Shown here: positions 61,121 to 64,000 of the stretch, piece by piece | Numbering within the stretch: the stretch's first letter is position 1 | Layout of the letters: each line of letters starts with the position of its first letter | Assembly (NCBI GenBank): GCA_964016885.1 | Contig: OZ024742.1 | Coordinates: forward strand, 283,526,001-283,590,000 | DNA: 64,000 bases | Reading direction: 5' to 3' | DNA from: Eledone cirrhosa | Lineage: Eukaryota | Made by a program: the position numbers and the translations under genes | Notes under the pieces: model-generated | Told to the model about the DNA's origin: nothing | The model's input: only the letters and a program-made list of their open reading frames with translations | The model's database searches: none

Positions 61121-63544
61121 GGTTTCCCTTTTCCGGGAAGTATTTAAAAAGGCCAGAAAAAAAAACTAGAAAAGATAATTATTTCCTACCAAATGCGAGG
61201 TATGTAGGTCTGCGAAACAACGATAGTCTTTTCGCCGCCTTTCACCCTATTGTATGTACACATCTAGTTGTTTCCGACTGGTTTTGAGGTTATATTCGTT
61301 GATAACAGAAAAAAGGTGGAGAGAAAGCTCCGGAGGAGGGGGGGGGGGGTCACCCTATCCCTCCGTTCTTCGGGAAAAAAGTCGATTGCCAGAATCTTAG
61401 AGGTTAGATTAGTTGACAGCACACGAAAAAAATATTTTTCCAACAGAAATCGAGTGGGGTGTTCTATAAATTTACCGCCTATTTTTATTTTGGGGGTATT
61501 ATACATAGTTTTTGTTACTGGTATTTTTTCTTTTAAGTTTACAGCCCTAAAAGGATCGGCCTTCTTATATTAACTCGGAAAGTAGCAAACAAAACAGGAA
61601 AAAATAGAATCATTTGTCTTATTTTACCTACAGCAGTTTCAAAGTATTTAATACATTTTTTTATGTAAATTTACCTCATTGCTTATCTTTAAAAAAAGGT
61701 TAAATTGAATATTATCTCTTATTTTAACTCCGTTGTTTTCCCCTTATTGTATAATTCTTAACTAAACAATTACAGTAACAAAGCCGTTAAAGGAAACAAA
61801 TAAATAAATAAATCGGCCGTCCGGACGCCAGACATCAAGTTTCATCAACATTGTATATAAATATATATAAGAAAACAAGGAAGGGGGAATTTACTTTTAA
61901 ATAAAAAGAATATAATAAACTAAATTATGATATATTACTAATTTTATACACAATTTTATGAGCAAAAAAAGTTGCTTTGTGTTTGTTTGCTTTCATCAAT
62001 TTAAAAAAATCCGTTTTTCGTGTAAAGAGCCGGAAGCCATATTATTTGGCCAGTCTATACATTTATAATTATGATTTTGAATCAGAACAGAAATTTAAAA
62101 CAATATGAAATTCAGAAAGAATCTTATTAAAGAACACTGATTTATAAATAATTTAGCAGATTTTCTTTGAAAAATATCTTAAGTGAATCTTTTAAAATTC
62201 TGATACAAATGGTTATTTCGTAGATACGTAAACTACTACAAAGTTTTTTCATCATACACAATAGAATGAATGCAAGCAACTTAATGATAATCAAGAGTAG
62301 AGCTGTTTGTACAACTTACTGTTTTTCTAATATCTTTCTTCAGTATTTGGTGTAGATAGATGTAGAAATGTGAGGACATTGACAGACACAACACATTTAA
62401 AAATGTTCATAAAGACATTAGTGATAGGAAAGAACAAACTAAGTGATATATCTCAAATATATACATAACTAACCGACCAAACCAGATATCTTATTTTCGT
62501 AGCTGACTGTTGAATATATAGAATGTATAGAACATTTTTATTTTCAATTTTATTATAAATTGATATGTTGATTTATGAAATGTGAAATGATGACTAAAAC
62601 CTGTGCAACATCAGAATGTAACCTAAATAGGAATTGTTTTATAAAATAGTTAAGGTAGAAACCAGTTGATTTATGCCTAGCACAGGCTACATATTTATAG
62701 ATTTAGTCTTCGAAAATATTTCATTAAAATATCTATTTAGCTGGTTTGCACCTTTTTTTTTTATCGTTGATACGTTATACATATATAAAATATATCAAGT
62801 AAATTAAATAAACAGTATGCAGCAAGCTAAAAATACAGGGAAATGTCAAATTTTATTTAAATAACTATGAGATATGCCGTCCAACAGAAGGTGTAAAGTT
62901 ACAACTCCCTTTTTCCTTACTTTTAATTGTGTTCTGTCAATTCTAAAGGAAAATAGAATCTAGAACAAGGCGGTGTCTCAGCATGGCCGCAATCAAATGA
63001 CTAATTAATAAGAAACATCGGCCAAAGATAGATGAAACAGGATAAAGGGCCCTGTGGTTTCTGGGTATATTGGGGGAGTGGTTTGGCAGATAATCGTTCT
63101 TGTAAATGCTTTGTTTCTCAGTGCGCTGCAGGTCAGAGAGGAAGAATTTATAAAATGAACCCTTTTGGTACCAAACTATCTCTGGATCTAGGATGATTTT
63201 GTTTTTTTCTTCGAATGTTTATATTTATCTAAAACACTTTCCATCATAATTTTATGTAAAAACATTTTTTAAGTTATGCACCAAATATCAGCTTAATTGC
63301 GAGAAAGTTATATAACTAAATCTGTCCATTTTCTTGATTATTTTCAAAATGAATTGAAAATTTTAGGCAGCACCTTTCCTGAGAATTATGGTAATGAAAG
63401 GGTTGTCACTATATTTTATTCACAGTTTGTATAAATAACATTACAAATCGGGCATAGGTTAAGAATAACGTTCGCGAAAATGAAAGTCAATTTTCTGACA
63501 AGTGAATGTGTTTGTTTGTTTTTTTGACAATGAAAATTACGATA

Positions 63545-64000
63545 CACACGCAATTGTTTATTTACTACAGGTCTCTATAGTGATATGGTGTTAATTAGTA
63601 TTGCGTGTGTGATTATTTTCTCTTATATATATATGTGTGGGTGTGTATATGTGTGTATATATATGTGTGTCTGTATGTATATATATATATGTGTGTTTGT
63701 ATATATATATATATGTGTTTGTGTCATCATCATCGTTTAGATGTTTTTGTAATATCTTGCCAAAGTTGGCACCAACTATAAAGAAATTAAGGCCGGGTCA
63801 TAAGAAGGACAGAGAATGATAAGGGATTTGGGTAAAAACATCTAAACGATGATGATGACACAAACATATATATATATACAAACACACATATATATACATA
63901 CAGACACACATATATATATAAGAGAAAATAATCACACACGCAATACTAATTAACATCATATCACTATAGAGACCTGTTGTAAATAAACAATTGCGTGTGT
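63545..64000. repeat. Inverted repeat (63545-63748 and 63834-64000, runs off the window)
   Basis: acacacgcaattgtttattta...catcgtttagatgttttt is mirrored, with a shorter microsatellite in the right arm. Confidence 0.88.

Overview
AT-rich, microsatellite-laden metazoan DNA, most likely from an octopod cephalopod (inferred from the single-exon tandem C2H2 gene, the tRNA-derived SINE family and the (TA)n density). The only clear host gene is a 19-finger C2H2 zinc-finger ORF (54380-56134, minus strand). Bases 1-35000 are a nest of Penelope-like retroelements (PLEs) and non-coding derivatives inserted into (TA)n tracts. By eye I find about two dozen type I hammerhead ribozyme (HHR) motifs from roughly ten sequence families. 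These include a 470-bp HHR-bearing tandem array that folds back on itself, an HHR variant with a ~104-nt stem II, and fold-back inverted duplications from ~120 bp to ~8 kb. The rest is LINE pieces (one 898-aa EN+RT ORF, RTE and CRE-like fragments), SINEs, a decayed hAT transposase and MITEs. Most short ORFs in the track are microsatellite artefacts. All structures were read manually; no folding or database search was run.
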